From: Chiloscyllium plagiosum
Lineage: Eukaryota
Direction: 5' to 3'
DNA: 64,000 bases
Assembly: GCF_004010195.1 (NCBI RefSeq)
Contig: NC_057749.1
Location: 9,684,196-9,748,195, forward strand
This document shows, piece by piece, positions 25,746-37,649 of the stretch. The notes beneath the pieces are model-generated. The model made no database searches. It saw only the letters and a program-made list of their open reading frames with translations, and was not told the DNA's origin. Position 1 is the first letter of the stretch; each line of letters starts with the position of its first letter. A program made the position numbers and the translations under genes.

Positions 25746-26647
25746 CTGGTATGGAAGCTGCTGGCACATGTTGTCAGTGTGACATTGATATAGCTTGGTG
25801 CCATACAGCAACATCCCCACCTTCATGACCACTCAGTGCCACCAACAATGATAGGCTGTCTTCCTATCTGTGTTAAAAGGCAGCGCAAGCCAGAGGTGTG
25901 ACCTCACAGTAATGGCAATGTGAGGCGTGTTAAGAGAAAGGAAGCTAAGAACTACAAAATGCATGCTGTGCAGATGCATGAGATAAGTGTATCTCCCTGC
26001 GTGCAGAATGACCAGGCAGGAACATTGCAAAATTAGAGCTGAATATTTAAGTAATTGCAATGTCAGCTCCAAAGTGCAGTGGTGAGCTGCTATAGTGCAT
26101 TATGCATTAGCCTGAAAGCAGCCACAGTGATGTGCTGAGGCTAGTGTTTGTGCTTTATTCTGTGTATTATTCCGTGGATGAAGATGGAAGCCGGTGCTGT
26201 CCATGGAACACAAAACGACGGGTCATTGAATGGATTTAAACTGGAAGCTCGGAGAAGTAAGCAGCAAGCTACATCCATCAGGTAACCCTGAGAGTCAGGA
26301 ATCACCCATTCCTTGTTTTCCAGGAGAGGAGTGGAAAATTGGGAGCTCCATGTAAATGAGGCCCGGTTAGCTAACAGTGAGATAGAAGCGCAGGAAATAA
26401 GGTAGTCAACGCTTACGAGTGAGATTCAGAATCCTGATTAAAGTCTTATGGGGAGAATCAGAATTCTTCTTTCAATTCCAATATTTTTAATCTCACCACA
26501 TTTTCTCACATTTCTTGCCATTGACTAGGCTGCTCAAGGGCTGAGAGATTTCACTTCTGGCGTTGGTTGTCATGGCAGCTCTGGTACTCTCAATGAACTG
26601 CAATACACAAACCCATATCTTGAGGACTTCCTAATTTTCCTGTACTG

Positions 26648-27192
26648 TGTTATGGACTAGACCAAACCCCCTCAAAATAAATTCAAAAGGTAGTCTAGAC
26701 CCGAATGTTTTATTATTTTAAACTAAGTGTAAACAGTCGTGTTCCAGATACAATTCAATTGGTCAAACTACTCAATATGAAGCAAGACATAGTTTATTCA
26801 TACACTATAGATAAGATACAAGAAAAGAAAGAAGAAATTGGAATAACTTAACTCTATTGGAAAACTTAAACAGAATAATAGATCATTTAACTATTAAACA
26901 GTAACTGTTCCAACCAATAAACACACCCTTGGCAAAGGTAAATTCAGTAAAACAGATTGTCTCACATGTGATTCTAGTTGCAGGGAGAGAATCCCAGCTT
27001 TTATCTGTAACTGAGGGAGGAAAAACAGCTTCCACATCTTCAAGACCTCAGCAGCTGCTACTGAAAAACTAATACTAAAGCAGTTTACTTTATGGGGTTT
27101 CAATAGACAGCTCATTACCTCTGACTTAAAACCCGCTCTTCAAAACAAAAAACGGGACAAGATACACCTCTTAAAGCCATAGTATCATCACA
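26648..27192. mobile_element. Solo LTR (545 bp)
   Basis: TGTTATG...CATCACA termini flanked by 4-bp TSD actg (26644-26647, 27193-27196). Confidence 0.75.
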
Positions 27193-27307
27193 ACTGATAT
27201 ACTATTATGATGTTTTTGTTGCCTGATTTTGTTAAATTACTGCTGTGAACATGGCATTTTCCTTTGACAGCGGAAACTGTTTTTCCAACCGAGTTTATCA
27301 TTTGCTA

Positions 27308-27600
27308 GGCTCACACAGTGGTTCAGCAGTTAGCACTGCTGCCTCACAGCACCAGGGTCCTAGGTTCAATTCCAGCCTTGGGCATCTGTCTGTATGGATT
27401 TTACACATTCTCCCCTTGTCTACATGGGTTTCCTCCCACAATCCAGAGATGGGCCGTGCTAAATTGCCCATAGTGTAGTGGTAACTGACATCAGTCAGAG
27501 GGAAAATGGGTCTGGGTGGGTTACTCTTCGGAGGGTTGGTGTGGACTGGTTGGGCCAAAGGGCCTGTTTCCATACTGTAGGGAATCTAGTCTAATCTAAT
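27308..27600 (+). mobile_element. HE1-type SINE
   Basis: A/B boxes and CR1 tail ending (ctaat)n. Confidence 0.85.
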
Positions 27601-27620
27601 CACTGTCTTAATATTTGCAG

Positions 27621-27863
27621 GATGCCACACCTAAAAGGTGTCAGCATTTTCAGGAAGTTCTCAGGAACATGTCAAGTCTTTGCATGGAGCTCAATGTGCA
27701 CTGATATCTTAGCAAGCTTCAAATGTGCACCAGTATTTATCCTGTATTCCTGGATTGTGTTGACAATTTGTGTTATGTTCTTTGAGCAAAACAAATACTT
27801 CAATCCTTGTCATGCCATTGTCTGACTTGCCAGGCAATACAATGATATTCACAGCATTCTGCA
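27621..27863 (+). pseudogene. GREB1-family pseudo-exon (81 codons, three TGA stops)
   Basis: tttgcag acceptor, GCA|gtaagc donor; CQHFQEVLRNMSSLCMELNVH ~ YLQFLSVLSRMLVRLTEVDVY and HCLTCQ ~ HCEQCH. Confidence 0.68.
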
Positions 27864-28394
27864 GTAAGCTATTTTACAACTAAAATCACTGGTTTTATTC
27901 TTTTCATCAAGTATGGGCATCATATTTGTTGCTCATCCCAAACTGCCTTTGAACTGAGTGACTTGCTCAGCCATTTCAGAAGGTAGTTAAGAGTCAACCA
28001 CATCGCGGAGTCAAATGTAGGTCAGACTGAGTAAGGATGACAGATTTCCTTCCCTGAAGAACATCAGGGAACCAAACGGGTTTTTCCAAAAGTCAATGAC
28101 AGTTTTGTGTTCACCATTACTGGGAGATTTTCAATTTCAGATTTTTATTAATTGAATTATAAGTTCCACCAGCTGCTGTGGTGGAATTTGAACCCAAAGT
28201 ATTAAGCTGGACCTTTGAATAAGTAGGTTAGCGACATTACCATTTAACTCTACCAACATTATTCAATGAAGATTAGATATCGTAACTGTAACTGGGGAGA
28301 ATTGATAATTTGTATTGCTGATCAGATACAAGAAAACATTTGACATCTAAAAATACAATGTTTTCACTTCAAATCTCCAATCATTTTTCCTTTC

Positions 28395-28655
28395 TCCAAC
28401 TCAATCACCTGACACTTGTACTTTCCACAATCAACTATGGTAGTGCTGTCTTCCACTTACTCTTAATTTTATCAACACATACTGCAAACATCACAAAACC
28501 CCTCAACTTCATACTTGTTGACTGTTAAGCTCCAAGGACCATTTGTGTAGGAGACCAAAACTATGAGGCACATGGACAAGATAGTGACTCATAAATCCAA
28601 TAGGAATGTGAGGAGAAATCTAGACAATCGTTCCAACTCACTAAAGTTCTTGAGG
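28395..28655 (+). pseudogene. Possible GREB1-family pseudo-exon (HLTLVLSTINYGSAVFHLLLI)
   Basis: Resembles recalled LHAFAFSYSMLGEEIQLHFII at the expected position; boundaries unclear. Confidence 0.35.
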
Positions 28656-28669
28656 TTAATACATTTATA

Positions 28670-31600
28670 AGACTTCAAGACACAGGAGCAGAATTAGGCC
28701 ATTTGGCCTATCAGGTCTGCTCCACCACTCAATCATGGCTGATATGCTTTTCAAGCCTCATTCCTGATGAAGGGCTTATGCCTGAAACGCTGATTCTCCT
28801 ACTCCTTGGATGCTGCCTGACTGGCTATGGTTTTCCAGCACCACAATGTTTGACTCTGATCTCCAGCATCTGGAGTCCTCACTTTCTCCTGATGTGCCTC
28901 CCAGCCCCATTCTCCTCTCTTCTGCTTTGCCAGTCAGGAACCTATTTACCTCTGTTTTAAGTGCACTCAATGTCATTGCCTCCACAGCCCACTGCAGCAA
29001 TGGGCTTCATAGTTTCACCACTCTCTGACTGAAGAAATTCCTCCTCAACACAAATCTAAAAGGTCATCCCTTCACTCTGAGTTTGTATCATTGGGTCCTA
29101 CCTAGTTTCCTATGAGAGGAAACATTTTCTCCACATTGCTGTACCAAGGCCTCTTAATATTCTATAAAGTTCAATCAGATCCTCCCCCATCCTTCTTAAC
29201 TCCATTGAGTACAGATCCAAAGTCCAAACTCACTTCTCCTATGACAAGCCCTTCATTCCTGGGATCACTCTTAGAAACCTTCTCTGGACCCCCTCCTTCC
29301 TTATAAACAGGCCCAAAACTGGTCACAATATTACAAATGCAGTCTGACCAGACCTTTATACAGCCTCAGTAGTACATCCCTGTTCTTGCATTCCAGCCGT
29401 CTTGAAATAAACACTGACATTGCATTTACCTCCCTGAACCTGCCAACTGAACCTGCATGTTAATCTGAAGAGAATCCTGAACTTGGACTCCCAAGCCCCT
29501 TTGTGTTTTATATTTCTGAAACCTTTCCCTATTTAGAAAATGGTCTACGTCTCTATTCTTTCAACCAAATTGAATAATCTCACACTTGCCCACCATTCTA
29601 TCTATATCTCTGTTCTTGCATTCCAGCCGTCTTGAAATAAACACTGACACTGCATTTACCTCCCTGAACCTGCATGTTAATCTGAAGAGAATCCTGAACT
29701 TGGCCCCTTTGTGCTTCATATTTCTGAAACCTTTCCCTATTTAGAAAATGGTCTATGTCTCTATTCTTTCAACCAAATTGAATAATCTCACACTTGCCCA
29801 CCATTCTACTCCATCTGCCATTTCCTTTCCCACTGTCCTAGCCTGTCCAAGTCTTTCTGCAGCCACCCCGCTTCCTCAACATTACCTGCCCCTCCACTTA
29901 CCTTTGTGTCATCTGCAAACTTAGTAATAATGCTTCAGTTTCCTCATCCAAATTGTTCATATGTAACGTGGATAGTTATAGTTGCAATATGGAACCCTGC
30001 TGATCTCCACTACTCATTATCTGCCATCCTGAAAAAGACCCCTTTATCCCCACTCTTTGCCTTCTGCTAGTCAGCTAATCCGCTATCCATACCTGTTCCT
30101 TGTTCCCAACACCATGGGCTTTATCTTATTTAGTAGCTTCATCGACAGTACCTTATCAAAGGTTTTCTGGAAATCTAAATAGATCATGCCCTCTGGCTCT
30201 CCTTTGTCTAACTTGCTTATTACCTCTTCAAGGAATTCTAACAGATTTATCAGGCATAACCTCCCCATACAAAGCTGTGCTGACTCAGTGCTGTTTTACC
30301 ATGCACTCCCAAGTACCACGTAATCTTATCCAGACTCTAAAGTTCCACCAACAACTAAGGCCAGGCCTACTTTCCTGTCTTCTGCCTCCCTCCTTTCTTA
30401 AGCAGGTGTATTACATATAGCCATTCTCCAATCCTCTGGGACTCACTCTAACTCCAGTGATTCCTGAAAGATCATCACCAATGACTCTATTATCTCCTCA
30501 GCTATCACCAGCAGAACTCTGGGATGTAGTTCATTGGGTCTGGGTGATTTATCCACTGTCAGACCTTTCAGCTTCCTCAGCACCTTGTCCTTAATGATAG
30601 CCACAACGTTCACCTACCCCCGACTGTCTTAAAGCTGTTGGTATCTTCCACTGTGAAAACTGATGCAAAATACCTATCAGTTCCTCCGCCATTTCTTTGT
30701 TCCCATTACTACATCTTTGGACTCATTTTCCAATAGTCCAGTGTCCGCTCTTGCCCCTGGCTTACCTTTTAGTGTCTAAACCAAACTCTTGCAATATTCT
30801 TTGATATTACAAGCTAGCTTACTCTCACGTTTCATCTTCTCCCTCCATATTGCTTTTTCAGTTATCGTCTGCTAGTTTTTAAAGGCTTTCCAATCCTCTG
30901 GCTTCCCACCAATCTTTACCAAATGGTATGTTTTTTTCCTTTGCCTTTTATGCTGTTTCTGACTTCCCTTCTCAGCCCTGGTTACTTTGTCCTCCCCTTA
31001 GTGTGTTTCTTCTTCCTTGAGATGAATTCCTGCTGTGCCTCCTGAATTACCTCCAGAAACTCCTACCAATACTGCTCCACTGTCTACCCTGCTCAGTGTC
31101 CCTTCCAATTAACACTGGCCACCCCCTTCGTTGTTGTTACTGTTACTCAGTTATAATAATATTACATCAGATTCCAGCTTCTCTCTCTCACACTGCAGGG
31201 TGCACTCTGTCATATTGTGGTCACTATCCCCTTGAGGATCTGTCACCTTAAGCTCCCTAATCAAGTCTGCTCATAACACATCACCAAATCCAGAACTGCC
31301 TGGTCCTTCGTGGGCTCTACCACAAGCTGCTCCAAAAAAAATTTCATAAACATTCCACAAATTCCTTTTCTTGAGATCTGCTACCAACCTGACTTTCCCA
31401 GTCCACTTTCATATTGAAGTCCCTATGATTGTTGTAGTAATGCCTTTCTTACTTGCCTTTTCTATCTCCTGATTTAGTTTCTTCCCCACATCCTGACTAC
31501 TACTGCTAGGAGGGCTGTACATAATTCCCATCAGACTACTTTCCCCTTTGCAATTTCTCAACTCTACCCACACCAGTTCTGCACCTTTCGACTCTGTAAC

Positions 31601-31865
31601 ATTTCTTGCTATTGATTAAATTTCATTTCTTACTAACAAGGCAATCCCATCCACTCTGCCCATCTACATGACCTCTCGATAGGACATCTACCCTAGGATA
31701 TATAGTTCCCAGCCCAGAATGCCTTGCAGCCACATTTCTGTGATAACCACAACATCATACCTGCCAATTTCAATTGCCATTCTGAGCTCAGTTTCCTTGT
31801 TTCGTATACTGAGTAGATTTAAGAACAACACTCTTAGTCCTATGTTGACTGCTTCCCCCCCACCA
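28670..31865 (-). mobile_element. Long decayed CR1 LINE (APE endonuclease through RT and 3' tail) with nested pLTR (~28758-28890)
   Basis: LRVLFLNLLSIRNK..YDVVVITEMWL (APE) at 31688-31873; GRLCLINLLEFLEEV..IYLDFQKTFDKV (RT) at 30083-30268. Confidence 0.92.
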
Positions 31866-31869
31866 ACAT

Positions 31870-32229
31870 TCAATGAGAGAACATCTCTACGGTCCAGTAA
31901 GATTATTGTGACTTTACCTTTGTCTTGGGCACATATATTAGGAAACTAGACAGGTCATTGCTGCAGTGTTTAGTCCCTGCCTCTGGAGCCAGATGTTCTG
32001 AATTCCACTCAAAGAAGAGTGTAACACCATCAAATTGGTTAACAAATTCTTCTAAAACAGCATGGCAGATCGCACATAAAAGAACATCTCCTGGTCAGGC
32101 AGAGAGTGTGACAACTTCCCCATGATAAAAGACTCCATATGCAGACTCTTGCCACAGACTGTACTATACTGTGGCAAATATCCTCCTTATTTCAAGGGAC
32201 TGTTAGAAGGAGAGATGAGGGAAATAGAG
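31870..32229 (+). pseudogene. GREB1-family pseudo-exon, glycosyltransferase region (IIVTLP; LATDCTILWQI)
   Basis: Frameshifted similarity to recalled HIMLVLP and ISDDSCVMWNV; 5' end abuts the CR1 with no acceptor site. Confidence 0.5.
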
Positions 32230-32634
32230 GTTTTTTTTTGATGGAGATCAGTTTAAATTCACTCTGCAGTTTACAGACAGAGAGTTTTGTCCACTGTCTA
32301 AAGCTCACTTCTGCGCTCAGTGTTCAATAATTCCACCTTGAAAATCAACGTCAGTCTCCCTGGGATCTTGGTCCTTTTGAATTGTTGTAATCTTGAAATT
32401 ATGGCAGCCAAGTTGCACAAAGCAAGCTCCTCAAGCAGCAATTTGATAACGACTAGATAACATGGTTTTTTGAAACGCTTACGAGGGATAAAAATTTGAA
32501 ACAATACCGTTGGATCTTTTACACCCACTTTAGCAGGAAGTTGGGACCTTGGTTTAATGTTTCAATTGAAAGAAAATGTTCATGAATTGGTGAGATAACA
32601 GTTCTACCTCTGAGACATGCCATTTTAAACTTAG

Positions 32635-32748
32635 AGCTGTTCAACTTCCTGCTCAAACAAAGATGACACAATAGATGCTGTGAGTTTAGAGCACATCATG
32701 TGCACTATAACTGATTTCATGATTAAGATGCCTGATGACTTCAAGAAG
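32635..32748 (+). pseudogene. GREB1-family pseudo-exon (DAVSLEHIMCTITDF)
   Basis: acttag acceptor, AAG|gtggat donor, open 38 codons; VSLEHIM ~ VSLKHIM. Confidence 0.65.
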
Positions 32749-32811
32749 GTGGATGGATGGTTTATGTAATCGTGCATTAACTAGCTAGAATTGCTTTATT
32801 TCTTTCCCAAG

Positions 32812-33026
32812 CAGTGCAGTGGAATCCAATTCTTAATAAAGAGACAAAACCTGTTGTGTACACCAACTTAGCAGTCCCTGCATTTACAGCTATGTGAAAT
32901 TCTGCTGAGCTAAAACAAAGATCAGACTACCCCTGGTTGGGAGCAACACCAAAATCTCTGTCTGGTCTCATTTTGTGTCAAATGAGCAAGATATGTTTGC
33001 AAGATCTGGTCGGCTACAAGAGGCAG
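32812..33026 (+). pseudogene. GREB1-family pseudo-exon (SLSGLILCQMSKICLQ)
   Basis: tttctttcccaag acceptor, CAG|gtgtta donor; resembles recalled SAGLLLCRFNRFSVM. Confidence 0.6.
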
Positions 33027-33584
33027 GTGTTAATTTTTTAAAATTTTTGTTTGCATTATGCATGTTTCCCTTTGTGGTTTTGAGCGTGGGCAAAGTTGCT
33101 GTCTGCAGACATTTTACGTTTCCTGAATGTATTAATTATTGCTGTAAATAAGCCCTTTGTTTAACCTGTGTAATTTTGCCTTCATATTTCTCATCTGAAT
33201 GTGTGATGATTAAGTAGTTGGAAACGGGCAAGGAATGCAAAGCCTTATAGGCAATTGGGCCAACTGAACAGAAAAATATGGTATCACCTTATTTATTTGA
33301 TAGTAGAGAGAGTAGAAAAAGAAAACAAAGCTTGGTTATCAGCCAATTACTGTATTTGTTTTTGGGTACCACAAATAATCAGTGTCTCAGGAAATTTTGA
33401 TTGGAAGTATTCTCCCCTTCAAGTCTGAAAGTGTGCAATAAAGCCCAACTCCACAATCTGAACCCATCCTCAAGCCTGATATTTAGCGCAGTACTGAGGG
33501 AGTACTGCAATGCCAGAGGACTTGTCCTTTCTTTTTATTTCCTGTCCTTGAGCCTTTACTGAAGTCTTTGTGGACTCCCAGCCT

Positions 33585-33770
33585 CAGCATGGACTGCTGG
33601 CCTTGAGGTGAAACTAGAGCGGACTCGTGGCCTTGAGGTGAAGCCGGAGTGGACTCCTGGCGTTGGGGTGAAGCCAGAATGGACTTCTGGCTTTGAGGTG
33701 AAGCCAGAGTGGACTCCTAGCCTTGAGTTGAAGTCAGAGTGGACTCCTGGCCTTGAGAGCCTTGAGGCAA
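33585..33770 (+). repeat. 30-bp minisatellite (~6 copies) inside an unclassified element ending in (ctaatt)n at ~34000
   Basis: Unit gagtggactcctggccttgaggtgaagcca repeated with substitutions. Confidence 0.85.
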
Positions 33771-34635
33771 GGCCTTGCATGGTCTGGAAGCTAGGTGCCA
33801 GCACAGACTGGATTGGAAGGGCTGTTATTGTGAATTTTTTATTTCTTTATTTTTCTAGTTTTTCCCAAAGGACTTTTACTTACGAATCTGTACCTAGGTA
33901 CCTTTGTACTTAAGATGGCGCCATAAGTGCTGACTTGTAAACCTTTCATTGAATTCATGTGAGTGCATGTGACAACAAAGCTAATTCTAATTCTAATTCT
34001 TTGGATTGGGTATTAATCTGCATGTTCTGGTCATTTGGGAGACAATAAAAATCCACACAGTGTGAAGAGGAGCAGAGAGTCCTTCGAGTTATATAGGGGT
34101 GTAAAGATTGGAAAAGGTCAATACCGAGGAGTACCTTAAATTTCACCCACCATGTTATGTCCTCAGGACTGAGTGGGAGATCCTTGGTTAGGATCTTGCA
34201 GGAGTAAGTTTTCACATCTGGGTCTTCCACATGGTCACTCAAACCTATCAGATAGCTCATACAACATGATCAATGGTGAAGATTTTGCAAAATTTTCAGC
34301 TCCATTGTCAATATTATTTGATAGGAGATAATGACTTTGCGCTAATATCACTAGACCAATGGATTAAATACCACAGTGGTAATTTTTGGAATTTAAATTC
34401 AATCCAACACAGAATTCTTACAGTGCAGAAGAAGGCCATTTGGCCCATCATGCCTGCAATGGATCTTCAAATGAGCATCATTATCTATTTCATTCCCAAA
34501 TAGCAACTGGACTATCATGCTAATCTCATTAATGGTGATCATGAAACTAACATTGATTACTTGAAAGATCCACATTTACTTCAGAGCTGGACATCTGCCT
34601 TCCTTATCAGATCTAACCTAGACTTGGCTGCTGAG

Positions 34636-34840
34636 TCGAGAGTGTGATGCTGGAAAAGCACAGCAGGTCAGGCAGCATCTAAGAAGCAGGAGAATCAACA
34701 TTTCGGGCATAAGCTTTTCACCAGGAATTATGCCCGAAACGTCAATTCTCCTGCTCCTCGGATGCTGCCTGACCTGTTGTGTTTTTCCAGCACCACACTC
34801 TCGACTCTGATCTCCAGCATCTGCAGTCCTCACTTTCTCC
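34636..34840. mobile_element. Penelope pLTR fold-back insertion
   Basis: Inverted arms around ~34720; near-TSD cttggct(g/c)ctgag. Confidence 0.75.
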
Positions 34841-35103
34841 TTGGCTCCTGAGGCTTCTGACCCATGGTCATGTGGTTGACCCTTAACTACCTTCTGGAAT
34901 TGCTTAGCAAACCACTAAGTTCAAGAGTAAATTGGCATGAGCAGCAAATGCTGGCCTTGTCAGCAACTCCCACAGTTCTGTGAAATAATAAAGAAAAATT
35001 TTCCATTCTTCAGAAAATGAATGTGAGAAGAGCTATTTTTGTAGTAACTTGCTGCTTAACAGTTTTAATTGGAAAGCTGACGAGAGATGAATATTGCTTT
35101 ATA

Positions 35104-35416
35104 TGGGCGGTATGGTGGCACAGTGGTTAGCACTGTTGCCTCGCAGCACCAGAGACCTGGGTTCAATTCCCGCCTCAGGCGACTGACTGTGTGGAGTTTG
35201 CACATTTTCCCCGTGTCTGCGTAGGTTTCCTCCGGGTGCTCGCGTTTCCCCCCACAATCCAAAAATGTTCAGGTTAGGTGAATTGGCCATGCTGAATTGC
35301 CCGTAGAGTTAGGTGAAGGGCTAAATGTAGGGGAATGAGTCTGGGTGGGTTGCGCTTCAGCAGGTCGGTGTGGACTTGTTGGGCTGAAGGGCCTGTTTCC
35401 ACGCTGTAAGTAATCT
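35104..35416 (+). mobile_element. HE1-type SINE
   Basis: Full tRNA-like head and CR1 tail. Confidence 0.9.
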
Positions 35417-36054
35417 TAAAAAAAATTAAGTAATAATTAGACACTTTACTGGAGCAGACACAGATTTTTTCTTTCTGATAGCCAATCAAAGGCCAGCAGA
35501 TGTGCATTGCTGGGAATGGTGTTTGGTGCTGGTAGTGTACTCATCAGGATTGCTGAGTGGCCTAGGCCCCATGTGAGAATGGTGGCATTAGTGACAGGGA
35601 GTAGGAGTCACGGGGAAGATGGTCAGCAGCAAGGGGAGAGCAGCGGCAGTGACTCTCAGAAGGCTACTTGCTCCTTCGCATTACTGGGTCCCTTGATTTG
35701 GAAATTGAGGGACCTTGAATGAGGGAAGTGCACCCTGAAAAGTCCTCCAAGCATCCCTGACTAGGTTTGGTTACTGGGTTTCCCTCCTGGCGAGACCCTT
35801 GGTTACCACTGGATGAAAACTAACAGAATGAGTATTTTAATTGGGTGCAGGTTTGTAAGGCTGACCTAAGGCTTTCCCAACCCACATTTAGTCAGAAACA
35901 GATGGGAAAAGTGGTGAGGATCCACCTGCCCCTTCCCCCTCCCCCACTGTCCTCAGTAAGTGTCAACCTCACTGGAGTTCATTAAATTCTACTCAGAGTA
36001 AATATTTCAGGCTGTTGACCTCTCTTCAAAACCTACATTTCACATCTTTTCCAG

Positions 36055-36334
36055 GGCTGGGGCTGGTTGCAGAGAGAGACTGTGGGTAGCAGTCTGCATG
36101 CAACAGGCAGCTAGTCAGGCTTGATAAGAACCACTTCAGGCCAAGTGAAGGAAGCTGAGTGGCGTTTTCCAGTCAGCACTGCGAATCCCAGATTTACCTG
36201 GGTGGACATTTCGGCTACTTAGAGATAATGCCCCTATTTGGGACCAGGGCAGTACTCCAGCCAAGTTTATAACTTCACTGTGTAGCTGCAGAGGTCCCAG
36301 TATGGACAGGATAACCTAAGAATGAAAAGATGAA
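36055..36334 (+). pseudogene. GREB1-family pseudo-exon (EWRFPVSTANP / GYLEIMP)
   Basis: cttttccag acceptor, gtatgc donor; frameshifted similarity to recalled LFFPLSLKN..VDCYLNLG. Confidence 0.5.
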
Positions 36335-36626
36335 GTATGCCCTTCAGGCCCCTGAGCCTGTTTCACTATACGTTATAATCACGGCTAATCTGAATCATAG
36401 AATGCCTTCAGCATGGAAACAGACTATTTGGCCCAACGAGTCCACAACGACCCTCCAAAGATTATCCCACCCATACCCAACCCCCTAACTTATCCCTTTA
36501 ACCCTACATTTCCCATGGGTAACGTGGCTAACCTGCACACTCCTGAACACTATGGGTAATTTGAAGAGAAAATGCCTCCATTTTGAAGTGGCATCCCTCT
36601 TATTAACTTACCATTGCATTATTCAG

Positions 36627-36880
36627 TTTGTATTGGACAGTCCAGTTTTTAGTGACCTGTTCCTTGTCTGGTATTGGGCACTTTTATGTTTGGTATTTTT
36701 AATTTGAAACCCAGAAACTTGAAGGCTTTCAGTACTTGGCAGAAACAAACACTGCTCACTAACGAATTCTATGATTCCTGGGACTGGAAAACAAGCCTGA
36801 TCCATGTTCTTCACTGATTGGTGTACATCATTGTCTTTGTCCCCTTCTGTTTTTCAAAAGGGTTCCCCCACCTCTTGTAG
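36627..36880 (+). pseudogene. GREB1-family terminal pseudo-exon
   Basis: VLDSPVFSDLF..WALLCLV (fs) QTLLTNEFYDSWDWK..PFCFSKGFPHLL* resembles recalled LCDSFVGASFL..GATLCVI..QTVVRLELEDEWQFR..PLFFLTGRHI*. Confidence 0.68.
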
Positions 36881-37649
36881 ACCAAGGACCAGGAATAACT
36901 TGGAACACGTTGGGATACAGCAATGCTTGAAGCAGGACTTGTGGAGCAGGGAGTCGCACCAGACATCTGACCTGGAAGTTTCGGTTTCAATTCCCACTAT
37001 CATGGGGAAAATCACAGTGAATGACTGTTTCTTGCAAAGTCTCGGCATCTGACCCCTATTTGAATTTGCTGGTGTGGTTGAGAAACCCTCAGCGAAGGTC
37101 CTGTCCTTGCTCCCTAATTCTGTCTCTGTAGATGCTGTCTGACCTGTAGAGTGTTTCCAATAGTTCCTATGTTTTAGACTTTTGATAGCCAGTGTTTTAC
37201 TTTTGTATTAACTGCTTTTGAGCGTGTTTGTGAGCATGAGTATTATTTCCAAAAGTAAACAATTTTGTTGGCATTTATTGAAGGCAAATACATGACATTT
37301 AAAGTTAAAATTATGTAAGGTGCAAAACGAAAAATGAGTTTCTTCCATCATTACATTATGTTTCCAAGTACAGTCACTATTTCCAGTACTCATTAAAAAC
37401 CAACCATACAGGGGGATTTTTCATGCTGCCCATTTCCGTCCTGTGTCTCTCCAGATTAGGATTACATCTGCAGCAGATGAGATTTGAACCCACGACTGCT
37501 GGCTCAGAGGTAAAGACACTGCCACTGCAGCAAAAGATTCCAACATATTCATTATTTTTCTACCACTGATGCTTTTGCCTGAATGGAATATGAAGTGTTC
37601 CATCAACCTTTTCTGAAATATTATTGCACAGTCGGGAAGAGTTTTCATT

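Larger units (their letters stand above)
352..36880 (+). pseudogene. Decayed multi-exon GREB1-family (GREB1/GREB1L-related) paralog; 5' part lies upstream of window
   Basis: About 16 mostly AG/GT-bounded segments translate to peptides collinear with recalled GREB1/GREB1L sequence. Examples: FLILTGCLGFRYGQEW..SFERDIA*E ~ CIAVTGKYQARILSE..EYQKEVNYE; RRRFP ~ GKRFP; EQQQLY ~ EEQSLY; FQEVLRNMSSLCMELNVH ~ FLSVLSRMLVRLTEVDVY; VSLEHIM ~ VSLKHIM; GLILCQ ~ GLLLCR; QTLLTNEFYDSWDWK ~ QTVVRLELEDEWQFR. Many in-frame stops and frameshifts. Confidence 0.75.

Noticed and set aside
33585..33770. CRISPR-like array
   Set aside because: Contiguous tandem units with no unique spacers, in a eukaryotic context.
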